DNA of 64,000 nucleotides from a bacterium. GTDB lineage: Bacteria; Hinthialibacterota; Hinthialibacteria; Hinthialibacterales; Hinthialibacteraceae. The first letter of the stretch is position 1; each line of letters opens with the position of its first letter. Positions 10,089-19,205 of this stretch are shown one piece after another. The stretch is from the NCBI GenBank assembly GCA_963662285.2, contig CAXXMV010000008.1, positions 1,536,001 through 1,600,000 on the forward strand, read 5' to 3'. The notes beneath the pieces were generated by a model. It searched no databases, was not told where the DNA came from, and worked only from the letters and a program-made list of their open reading frames with translations. The position numbers were made by a program, and so were the translations under genes.

Positions 10089-12881
10089 TTAATCAATAAT
10101 AATCGTACGTTTGAAAGAAGTACGCATGTTATGTCGCGGCGAATCGTCGGATGCAATTGCGTAAAATGTATGTGCGCCTATGGGTGGACGATGGAGCCAA
10201 ACAAACGGAGGCTGACTTTTTGCGCCGAGCGACTGCTGATCGCAATATAACTCGATTTGCTGAATGCCGCTTTGGTCGGCTGCGTTTACGTCTATCTCAA
10301 TCAGCTTATCTTCCCGGACCTTCGCGGAACGTATCTCCACCGATGGGGCAATGTGATCTTCAGTGGTTTGGCATTGAAAAAAGATCGGCTTATCGATTTT
10401 GTAAGTAAAACGTTGTTTATTCTCTACTTTTTTAATGATGTTTTTATTTTGATCCAACAACGTGATAGATTTTAAATCGGGTTCAACGAAATAAAAATCT
10501 ACGGTTGATGGCTGATTTTGCAGCGGTGATAGTTGATACTCATTTCCTGATAATTTAAGAGCATGAATTGTCGAATCATCGGCGACACTCAGATAGAGTT
10601 GGATTTTATCACTGAATGATTCCAATGCGTTTTGATGAATGGATATAATGCTTTTGTTGCCCATGACTATAGCGTTTTGCGCAACAACCGGGGCGCCCTC
10701 TTTGAAGGAGAGTTCCAGCATCGCATCAGTATTGCTCGCTTGCATGTTACTCAAGGCGATAAAACGAATAGAGGGATGGTTTGCATGTTCAGCAACGATT
10801 CCCTTCCAGCCATCAGGTAATTCAAGATTATAGGATCGAGTTCGTTTTGATATTTCATCAATGCGTTGTTGCGAGGTATCGGTATAAATGGCTAACGCCA
10901 GATCGTGAGCGGTTTCATTATTAAGAATCTCCTGATCCTTGATCGGGGAAACGAATACTCCATCGCAAAGATCGCGGTATTCCGGTTTACGCGCCCAGTT
11001 GTAACCGGGGGATCGATCCAAAACGATGTTTTGTTGCTCGCCATAAACCACCATAGCCATTGAATCATTGACGCTCCACCATGATGAGCGCCGTTCCTCT
11101 GGTTCGCCTAATATTGTTGAACCAAGTTCATCTGAATAATTTCGATCTCCGGTTAAGCCGTCTCTAACATAAAAATAAACCGGCAATCCAGACCATGTCA
11201 TCCGCATATCTTGTTTGGCCTTAAATTGCGAAAAGAAAATAGTCGGCCCATCATCGAAAGAGAAGAATGAATAGTAACGATCTCCCTGCGGTGCGTTGGC
11301 TACGCCTGATGTGTTAAAACCTGTATCACTGTAATTGTAGGTGAACAGTGTTTCCGGTCTTACTGGTTTAATTGGTTTTCCATCTCTATCAGTGAAGGTA
11401 TACGAACCCATCAGCGACATGGGATGAGCATAAATCAAAGGCTCATCTGTCCCAAAAGGATATACCAAGCCGCACAGCCCGGTTCCGTAATAAGATGAAT
11501 GCGGTCTGTGTGATGAGATGCTTCCCCAGGCGAAAGATGAAAGATGATCTGATGTGCGGTGAATCAGGTTTTGCTGAGATCGATAATGATACGAACCTTC
11601 CAAACTGGCCAGCGCTTCATCCAATGCAACAGGAGCGCATCGTGGACCTCTAAGTTTATGCATCAGATAGGCCATGCCCGCTTTAGCCCATGAGTTGCGG
11701 TGATAATCGTATTGCCGGACGGCTTGCGATTGCCTCTTTAATAATAGCGCCGCTTGCTCTTCCAATCTTGCAGCCACGGGGTCTTGCTTGATCACTGCGC
11801 CATAACAATAAGCCAATAGACCGGCGCCGTAATAGGCGTCGTATTCATTACCGTGGGGCGAGAATGGTTCGCCGATAGGAAGGAATAGAGTTTTGACCCA
11901 TTGCATCACTCCGTCATAGCCATTTCCCGCATAGTTGAAGGTTTCGGGGATTCCTTTGCCTGTCAGTTGACCGAGTATTTCAATGTAACTGCGTCCTTCA
12001 AACACTAAATCGCTGGCATACCATATATTGAGCCAGCCATGATGGTCTCCGGCGTAGTCTTGATAAAGATTCCAGCCTTGCGCCCATTCACTGATGGGGC
12101 GCCCTTCAGCCATAACGGGATTGGCGAAATCGTGCATAGTAGAGACCATATCGATTCCATTGCCCGCAATTATGTCCCAATATAATTGCCCATCACTACG
12201 GTGAGGCAGCAAATAAGCGGCGCCCATAGTGCTGGAGAGGTCTTGTTTGACTTCATCATGATTACCGCCCTGGGGAACTTCCCAGTGCTGAACCAATCTT
12301 TCCTGGGGAGCGCCGCCGATCATAACGTATTCAATCAGCGATTTGGTCTCATCATCCAACTGCGGCCATAGTTTGGCAGCGGCCATAGTTAACCAACCGA
12401 CTTCATCCGCGCGCCAGGAGAATCTCCGGCGCCATTTATCGCCATCCCTGAAATCATCCCGCGTGTTGGGCAGATAGGCATAGGGCGCATCGACGTATGT
12501 ACTGGTCAAACAGCACCACCGCAACGATTGAATGGTGCGCTGCAAGAGAGTTTCGCGCGGGATATTCTGCTTACCAAAGGTCTTCTTATCAGTTTCAGTA
12601 AGCAAAATCGAATTACAAAACTGAATCATCCCGTTGCCGGGAATCACGATAATAGTAGCGTAAGGTTCGTCGCGCCAATTGGGGTATTTCCTGAAGTCAT
12701 AAAAACCGGCGTTGGGAATGCGCGATGAATCATCCACCCATAATGGTTCGAATACATCTACAGACGATTCAACTATACTTAAATAAAACCCCATCAATTC
12801 ATCTTCAGTCATTGAACTGGCAGACTGGCTGGCGCAAACAATCGAAAAACAACATAGTAGAACGAGCGACATTTTTTTCAT
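10089..12881 (-). CDS. Large secreted hypothetical protein with a C-terminal Ig-like domain
   Basis: Signal peptide MKKMSLVLLCCFSIVCA after a CAGGAG RBS. The C-terminus (APSVEI..AADQSGIQQIELY..GAHTFYAIASD) looks like a bacterial Ig fold. The core was not recognised. Confidence 0.7.
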   Translation of the reverse strand: MKKMSLVLLCCFSIVCASQSASSMTEDELMGFYLSIVESSVDVFEPLWVDDSSRIPNAGFYDFRKYPNWRDEPYATIIVIPGNGMIQFCNSILLTETDKKTFGKQNIPRETLLQRTIQSLRWCCLTSTYVDAPYAYLPNTRDDFRDGDKWRRRFSWRADEVGWLTMAAAKLWPQLDDETKSLIEYVMIGGAPQERLVQHWEVPQGGNHDEVKQDLSSTMGAAYLLPHRSDGQLYWDIIAGNGIDMVSTMHDFANPVMAEGRPISEWAQGWNLYQDYAGDHHGWLNIWYASDLVFEGRSYIEILGQLTGKGIPETFNYAGNGYDGVMQWVKTLFLPIGEPFSPHGNEYDAYYGAGLLAYCYGAVIKQDPVAARLEEQAALLLKRQSQAVRQYDYHRNSWAKAGMAYLMHKLRGPRCAPVALDEALASLEGSYHYRSQQNLIHRTSDHLSSFAWGSISSHRPHSSYYGTGLCGLVYPFGTDEPLIYAHPMSLMGSYTFTDRDGKPIKPVRPETLFTYNYSDTGFNTSGVANAPQGDRYYSFFSFDDGPTIFFSQFKAKQDMRMTWSGLPVYFYVRDGLTGDRNYSDELGSTILGEPEERRSSWWSVNDSMAMVVYGEQQNIVLDRSPGYNWARKPEYRDLCDGVFVSPIKDQEILNNETAHDLALAIYTDTSQQRIDEISKRTRSYNLELPDGWKGIVAEHANHPSIRFIALSNMQASNTDAMLELSFKEGAPVVAQNAIVMGNKSIISIHQNALESFSDKIQLYLSVADDSTIHALKLSGNEYQLSPLQNQPSTVDFYFVEPDLKSITLLDQNKNIIKKVENKQRFTYKIDKPIFFQCQTTEDHIAPSVEIRSAKVREDKLIEIDVNAADQSGIQQIELYCDQQSLGAKSQPPFVWLHRPPIGAHTFYAIASDDSPRHNMRTSFKRTIIID

Positions 12882-13069
12882 TGATGAACTCCTGATTGTA
12901 TTCAAATAGAAGGAGAATTGCCTATATCCTTGTTTGTTTAGAGTGATTTATACAATAACAAACACACACATTTTTGATAACCGCTCTTTAATATATTGAC
13001 GTGAATTAATTATTATACATATCTCTAATATATCTCCATACGTTAAACGCGTTGCGTTATAATAAAATC

Positions 13070-13351
13070 ATGATACAATCATTCAGTTGTAAAGAAACAG
13101 AGAAAATATTTCATCGAGAAATTTCGATGAAATTTCCGGCAACAATACAACGTGCCGCTTTACGTAAATTACGCATGCTAAACCGGGCGCAAAACTTGAA
13201 TGATTTATTAGCTCCTCCCGGAAACCGACTTGAAGCATTAAAAGGAAGCCGAAAAGGTCAATACAGTATACGAATCAATGATCAATGGCGCATTTGTTTT
13301 AACTGGGATAAAACAGATTGTTATAACGTCAAAATTGTTGATTATCATTAA
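13070..13351 (+). CDS. higB: HigB (RelE/ParE-family) toxin
   Basis: MIQSFSCKETEKIF, PPGNRLEALKG and YSIRINDQWRICF. ATG is 7 nt after TATAAT (13058-13063). Confidence 0.92.
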   Translation: MIQSFSCKETEKIFHREISMKFPATIQRAALRKLRMLNRAQNLNDLLAPPGNRLEALKGSRKGQYSIRINDQWRICFNWDKTDCYNVKIVDYH

Positions 13352-13489
13352 AGACAAAACGGTAAAAATTCAAAAACTGTTTTTATGACAACAATAATTA
13401 GTGGATATTCATAAGACTTATATACAAGATATAGCGTGAGTTTCGTCTTTCATTCACTTTTTGCCGACTTAGCATTAAAGGATTCAACC

Positions 13490-13807
13490 ATGCCCCCTAA
13501 AAAAATGCCTCCGATTCACCCCGGCGAGATACTTTTGGAAGAGTTTTTGAAGCCGATAGAGCTTAGCCAGAACCGCTTGGCTTTGGATATTCGGGTTCCG
13601 GCCCGGCGGATCAACGAGATCGTGTTGGGGCGAAGACGGGTTACGCCGGATACGGCATTGCGATTGGCGCGGTATTTCAACACATCACCCCAATTCTGGC
13701 TTGGCTTGCAAATGGATTACGACCTGGACGCCGCCGAAGACAAACTCGCTGGGACGATTGAGAAAGAAATTCAACCCCTTCCGTCTGCATTGGGACGCGC
13801 AGTATAA
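13490..13807 (+). CDS. higA: HigA antitoxin (XRE HTH)
   Basis: PIHPGEILLEEFL, RINEIV, TPDTALRLARYF and FWLGLQ. Start moved to ATG 13490 after AAGGA. Confidence 0.92.
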   Translation: MPPKKMPPIHPGEILLEEFLKPIELSQNRLALDIRVPARRINEIVLGRRRVTPDTALRLARYFNTSPQFWLGLQMDYDLDAAEDKLAGTIEKEIQPLPSALGRAV

Positions 13808-13958
13808 AAATTATTAATCGTATTAATCGTATTGATCATTGCTTCTTTATGAGCGTGATTATTGGTTTGGGTGGAATCTTCATTCCTGCTCCCAAATAGA
13901 ATCCCGGTTAAGTGGTTTTGTTTCCCTTGATGTGGATGCCTATAATCGAAAGTTATAA

Positions 13959-13999
13959 CATCAAGGGCTGACCGCTTCGCGGTCTTGCCCTTGATGCCA
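13959..13999 (-). repeat. Family-A hairpin repeat with a GCGAAGC loop
   Basis: Minus strand reads GGCATCAAGGGCAA-GACCGCGAAGCGGTC-AGCCCTTGATG. Confidence 0.85.
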
Positions 14000-14089
14000 A
14001 CATAACACCCACTTAAACGGAAGAAACCAGACCTACCGGTAATACCACCAAACATATCTGAATAACTTTGTTTGAGATGTTCTTAATGA

Positions 14090-16135
14090 TTATTTTCTCA
14101 ATCCGATCCGGTTAAAGGGAATCTCTTTGAAACCTAACTTAAATGCTGGCGAATCGGGTTTCAAATTAAAATTCTGTTTTTCGGCATCTACAAAATGCGG
14201 GTCTTGATCGATCATATTATCTTCTAATTTAATGAACTCACGGGCTTCTTTATATATTCCATCCCATTTGCCGCCCCAGCTGATATTACGCACGATGGTA
14301 TTGCCTATCGGGGCTTTGGGATTTTCGTTGAGAATATTGATCAATTCAGGATAACGTTCGCTGTAAGGCGGTTTGTTATAGGCGATGCCCGATATGGTGT
14401 CTTTCTCATTCGCTTCCTTGATCCATCCGTCCGCATGATCCGCACACCAACCCAAGGCTCTGGCGTCGATATGCAAAGCCGGATCGCAATCCACGAAGAT
14501 ATTATTTTCAACCGTACAATCCCTGCCGCCGCCTATAAAGGCCGCCCGCGTCACCTTATAGAAAACATTACCATACATGGTTGCAGATGCGAACATGTCA
14601 TCCAGATAGACTCCAACGCACCCGCGATCCTCGAATCCTGTGATGTGATGCAGGTAGTTGTAGCGGATCATGTGACCGCGCATGGTCCAGTTGCGTCCGG
14701 CGTACATGGCGCCTGCGTCATTTGATTCCATGCAGACATGATGCATTTCGTTGAACTCGAATATATGATCGTTGCCGCCGAACATGATGCCGATATGAGG
14801 AGCGGTATGGATCAGGTTATGCGATGCCCGGTTGCCTACGCCGTAGATAGAAATACCAGGGGTATACATACGGTTGATCCGTCCATAGTGGTGGATATGG
14901 TTGTTATCGGCGTATAGGCCGCCGGGAGTCAGCGTAGTGCGGTCTCCACCAGTGAGGGATATCCCCCCGCCGCCGGTGCGATAGACTTCGCATCCGGTAA
15001 CGCAGTGTTCGAGTCCCGATAGAGAAGCGCCGCCGGCGCCGGTATTCCTGATAACGCATCCGGATAGTTGAATGCCTTTCCCGCCTTTGGCCGTGAAAGC
15101 CGTACTACGCGACGCTTCCAGGGTGAAACCGTTAAAGGTAACGTAAGACGCATCATTGATTACTACCAGGTTGGGAATAATAGACATGACGGTATTGGCG
15201 TCATCAATTGATTCCGGCGGCCAGAAATAAAGAACGCCCTGCTCACGGTCGATATACCACTCTCCGGGCGAGTCCAATTCACTGAGCATATTGAACGCGT
15301 AATACCACTGACCTTTACGGTATCCATAGCCATGATAAGGCTTCTTCAGCGATATAATGGAATTGGCGGCGTCAATCGATTCGATGGGCTGGCGTTGATC
15401 CGACCAGTCCCAGAACCAATAGCCATGCAGCCAGGGGTCTGACTCCTTAATCCAGCGCGTGGGACGTTCGCCGTCGTATTTGAATTTCCCGGTTTTGCTG
15501 CCCTTATTGCCGTGAATTTGATGTCCATCCTCTACCACAAGATCAGCTATTTTCACAAAGCCCTCATTAGGCCAACGTGATAAAGTCATCGGTTTATCAT
15601 TGAAGAACAGTTCAGCGCCGCCTTTATCGGCTTGACCATAATCGGTGATGCCCAGTGATTTCAAGTCTGCGCTCACCACGCATCCCCGCGCTTTTTCATC
15701 CAGCCGCTTTAATGTCTCAGTATCCGAGACTATCTTAAATCCAGTAATCAGCGAGCCGCCAACCAGACGCGCATTCTCTCCAGGATATGACGTATAAATA
15801 ATTGGAGAGTTCTCCAAACCTGAATCGTCTTTGTTCAATTCAAATGGTTTATCGAGGTAATAGATGCCTTCACGCACGATAACCTTTACGCCCCGGACCG
15901 GAAATGATTTCTCTTCCTTCATTGCGCGTATTTCATCCCGCGCCCGTTCCAATGTGGCGAACGGGCCATCGGTTTTAGCATCGTTAGGCTCTGGCAGCCG
16001 TCCTTGCCACGAATCATTTCCAGTTTGTGAAACATACAAATTAACCTGACTCAAATCAGGGCAGGCGGGCGCTGAACATAGCGCTATCAATAAACCGATA
16101 AATACCGTCCATACAATATTTTTATCATTAATCAT
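14090..16135 (-). CDS. Secreted right-handed parallel beta-helix protein (GH141-like architecture)
   Basis: YVSQTGNDSWQG..DGPFATLERAR, LSRWPNEG, ELDSPGEWY and DAGAMY..GVYLDD beta-helix repeats. Start moved to ATG 16135. Confidence 0.8.
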   Translation of the reverse strand: MINDKNIVWTVFIGLLIALCSAPACPDLSQVNLYVSQTGNDSWQGRLPEPNDAKTDGPFATLERARDEIRAMKEEKSFPVRGVKVIVREGIYYLDKPFELNKDDSGLENSPIIYTSYPGENARLVGGSLITGFKIVSDTETLKRLDEKARGCVVSADLKSLGITDYGQADKGGAELFFNDKPMTLSRWPNEGFVKIADLVVEDGHQIHGNKGSKTGKFKYDGERPTRWIKESDPWLHGYWFWDWSDQRQPIESIDAANSIISLKKPYHGYGYRKGQWYYAFNMLSELDSPGEWYIDREQGVLYFWPPESIDDANTVMSIIPNLVVINDASYVTFNGFTLEASRSTAFTAKGGKGIQLSGCVIRNTGAGGASLSGLEHCVTGCEVYRTGGGGISLTGGDRTTLTPGGLYADNNHIHHYGRINRMYTPGISIYGVGNRASHNLIHTAPHIGIMFGGNDHIFEFNEMHHVCMESNDAGAMYAGRNWTMRGHMIRYNYLHHITGFEDRGCVGVYLDDMFASATMYGNVFYKVTRAAFIGGGRDCTVENNIFVDCDPALHIDARALGWCADHADGWIKEANEKDTISGIAYNKPPYSERYPELINILNENPKAPIGNTIVRNISWGGKWDGIYKEAREFIKLEDNMIDQDPHFVDAEKQNFNLKPDSPAFKLGFKEIPFNRIGLRK

Positions 16136-16267
16136 GTTGTCACCTCTCAATTTGATTTATTCAACTATAGAGCGCAGAGTGAGGGGAATATCCCCAATCA
16201 CTTACGTTAATAAAATTAAGGGCGCCCGTTTTCGTACCGATATTCGTTGTTCGGAGCAGCCACTTTT

Positions 16268-17584
16268 TTATGGTTTATGATCGGGATTAACCGCTGTTCG
16301 TTTTCTCATTGCGCGTTGTAGGTCTTCCTTATTTTTGCGTGCATCAATGTAGTCGGCCTCCCAGAAGAGGATTTGGCTGGCGCCCAGTTGGTCGGCTACA
16401 TCGAATTCGCGGTGTACGTCCTCAATCGAATTCGGAACCCAGGCGTACAACCACACGTCTACTTTGCCTTCCGTCTCTTCCTTGAGCGCCTTGTAGGCCA
16501 GTTCGGATGAGCCGCCGTTCATGTAATAGCCAGCTGCTACTATCGAATCCACTAATCCTTCCTGCGCCCAGGTTCTGACGTCGAGCAGCATCCCGCGCAG
16601 GTTCCCGTCGATTTTGTTGTTTAATCCGCGATATCCCCAAGGCTGCATAACCATTGCGCTGATGGAAATCCCCGGCCGTTTCTGGGTCGCCAGCGTGCGG
16701 ACTTCGCGCATGAATTGCGTATGCGGTCTCGCGCGAAGCCGCACCCAGCGTTCGTCTCCATTGGGAATCGAATGTGGATCAACGCCGTATCGTTCGGTGA
16801 ATTCGCGCACTAGAGGTTCTTCATAGCCCCGGTCGGCTACGCCCTCCGCATCGTTCTGCGGGTCGTCGCGCACGTCGCCTGTGCGAATCCAATCCAGAAA
16901 TAAGCCGTCTACGTCATAATTGTCGAGAATCTCGGCGACGATGCCGAGTTTATAGGTTATCACTTCCGGGAACGCGAAACTCTGCTGGCTGCGGTAGAAA
17001 TCACCATTCCGTTTACGCCAGCGTGTCTCTTTGTGCTGTTTGCTGAATCGGCTTTCCAATCCCCAGCCGTGGTCGTCCTCGTTGATTGATAACCATGCAT
17101 GGATCTCCAGCCCGATCTGGTGGCCATACTTCACCGCTTCGCGTAATGTGTCAAATTTGCTGTAGTCGTTGCGTTCTAATTTATCGAGCAAGGTCTGGCG
17201 ATCTTCGGCTGATTTACCGCCAGTAAACCGCTCCGTCAATTTCACATCTTCCGGCGCGATGGGATGCCAGAAATTGTCGTTGTCCCATTTGCCTTGGGGT
17301 TCCATCAACTTACTGTTGTATAGCGACCGGCCGCCATCCAGCGCACGCCAGTATACCCGCGTCCAACCGCAAGCCTTGCAGGCATCCAGCATGCGCCGCA
17401 CTCCTGCAGCGCCCCATTCCACCCCATCGCGCATCATCCAGTCTGGATGGGTTAGTGGTGCGCTCAGTACAAGCTCTCTCGGCGGTGGTTCGACGGTATT
17501 TTCTTCCGCGTTAACCAGAGTAATAAAGCAGAGGAATGCTCCCGCAATAATCCACATCGCCCAGGAATTTCTAAATTTCAACAT
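16268..17584 (-). CDS. Secreted glycosyl hydrolase-like 10 (DUF187-type) TIM-barrel protein
   Basis: Signal peptide, GHQIGLEIHAW and YDVDGLFLDWIR. Confidence 0.7.
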   Translation of the reverse strand: MLKFRNSWAMWIIAGAFLCFITLVNAEENTVEPPPRELVLSAPLTHPDWMMRDGVEWGAAGVRRMLDACKACGWTRVYWRALDGGRSLYNSKLMEPQGKWDNDNFWHPIAPEDVKLTERFTGGKSAEDRQTLLDKLERNDYSKFDTLREAVKYGHQIGLEIHAWLSINEDDHGWGLESRFSKQHKETRWRKRNGDFYRSQQSFAFPEVITYKLGIVAEILDNYDVDGLFLDWIRTGDVRDDPQNDAEGVADRGYEEPLVREFTERYGVDPHSIPNGDERWVRLRARPHTQFMREVRTLATQKRPGISISAMVMQPWGYRGLNNKIDGNLRGMLLDVRTWAQEGLVDSIVAAGYYMNGGSSELAYKALKEETEGKVDVWLYAWVPNSIEDVHREFDVADQLGASQILFWEADYIDARKNKEDLQRAMRKRTAVNPDHKP

Positions 17585-17603
17585 TTTATGCGCTCCGAGA
17601 ATA

Positions 17604-17705
17604 GTTTTTTTTGTTGGTTGACGTTATTGGATTAACGTAGGTGTATTCAAGGGTAGAAAATACACTACCCTTGGCGCCCGTTTTGATCTTGCCCTTGGCG
17701 CCCAT
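17604..17705 (-). repeat. Family-A hairpin with a 44-bp flank (inverted copy at 21515-21588), plus a half copy
   Basis: TCAAGGGTAG-AAAATACA-CTACCCTTGGCGCCC at 17647-17679 has a compensatory T-A pair. Half copy TCTTGCCCTTGGCGCCCAT at 17687-17705. Confidence 0.85.
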
Positions 17706-17734
17706 CTTATGTTGTGTAGATTTTGTTGCTTTTA

Positions 17735-18901
17735 TTAATCCGTTTTATCGAATTGGGGAATCTTCAACGATTCGCCATCTTTGAGTGCGGAATTGTGGGC
17801 GATAATTCCCGGGACGGTCATAGCCAACGCCTCATAAACATTGACCAGAGGTTCCCGATCTTCGAGGATGGCGGTGATGAATTCGTTGGATAACTGGCCA
17901 TGAGAGCCGCCGTGTCCACCAGGAGGAACTGCTGGCGGCAGGGCTGGACGCGTGATATCGGGCAATGATTGCATTTGACCATGATAGTCGACGCCTTCCA
18001 TCCAGCCGCGTTCGCCGAAGACCCGGCCTCTTTCCGCAACCAGACCTGATATGCCCTTGCACATCAGTATGCGCGATGAGCCGCCTTCACTGGTTTTAAA
18101 CAGCGCCACTTCATCGGTGAAGGTATTGTTGTATTTATTAGCGCCCGGTTTGTAGGCATCGTAACCAGCGTTTGAACCGCTGCATGATACTGAGGTGAAA
18201 CGTCCGCCCGTCACTCCGATGTAGTAAGCAGCAGAGTGGGTGGGATACCAGAGCGGCGGCGAGCCTTTGCGCCATTCTTTGTATGAGCCAAGCGTTGTTG
18301 GACCGTAATGGTAATACTCGCCTTCCGAATAGATCAGTTTACCGAATCCCCCGGCTTTATATATTTGGCGCATGGCGTAACAATCCGGCCGGAAGCAACT
18401 GGTTTCCGCCATCATGTATTTTTTGCCGCTCTTCTGCACGGCTTCCACTAAACGGCCTGCGTCTTCCAGCGATCCAAAGACCGCAGGCACCGCTGTCATG
18501 ACATGTTTGCCATGATTGAGTACTGTGATGCAGTGTCGGGCATGACTTGGCGCATCCGTCGCTACAAAGACGGCTTCGATCTTTGGATCTTTGACCAACT
18601 CTTCCAACGAGTCATAAGATTTACCGCAACGGCATCGCTCCATTAATTCTTCGCGTCGTTCTGCTATCAAATCGCTGACCGCGATGACCTCGACGTTGGG
18701 GTGATCCTGGAATCCGAATTGGGCGCCGAACTTGCATACTCCATAACCGACGATGCCAACCCTGATTTTACGGTCGGAAGTCGGCGTCCATATTTTCTCC
18801 TCAGCGTTTGCTGTGACCGTCGATAAACTGTGCGCAACCGCCGCTCCAAGAGTAACTGTTCCCATTGTTCCAAAAAAGTCGCGTCTTTCCATCGGTTTCA
18901 T
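17735..18901 (-). CDS. Tat-exported Gfo/Idh/MocA oxidoreductase
   Basis: ERRDFFG signal, VGIVGYG, VATDAPSH, YSEGEYYH, YPTHS and GGHGGSH. Confidence 0.9.
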   Translation of the reverse strand: MKPMERRDFFGTMGTVTLGAAVAHSLSTVTANAEEKIWTPTSDRKIRVGIVGYGVCKFGAQFGFQDHPNVEVIAVSDLIAERREELMERCRCGKSYDSLEELVKDPKIEAVFVATDAPSHARHCITVLNHGKHVMTAVPAVFGSLEDAGRLVEAVQKSGKKYMMAETSCFRPDCYAMRQIYKAGGFGKLIYSEGEYYHYGPTTLGSYKEWRKGSPPLWYPTHSAAYYIGVTGGRFTSVSCSGSNAGYDAYKPGANKYNNTFTDEVALFKTSEGGSSRILMCKGISGLVAERGRVFGERGWMEGVDYHGQMQSLPDITRPALPPAVPPGGHGGSHGQLSNEFITAILEDREPLVNVYEALAMTVPGIIAHNSALKDGESLKIPQFDKTD

Positions 18902-19205
18902 ATTAAACTCCTTCTTATATACAATAAAAATAGGGAAATTATTTTAAAACATTAATGATAAAACTACTCTATCAAAATAATCTTAAAAGGTAGAGAGCGC
19001 CAAATCAATTAGAACGATTAATTGTTGAAAATGGGTAAATCGTAGGGATCATATTTTATGTTAGGCTAGATGTTTGAATCATTCAATAAGTATTATAAAC
19101 CACTTGTGCGGCGCTATTGATTTCTGTTATAACAGGATGAGTGGGCTAAAGACGAATTGCAGGCGCCAAAACCATTTGATATCTTTTTGAAAATATGGAG
19201 ACAAC

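Noticed and set aside
13771-14055. 94-aa minus-strand ORF
   Set aside because: It runs through a repeat hairpin and a 9-bp tandem repeat, overlaps higA, and has no recognisable motifs.
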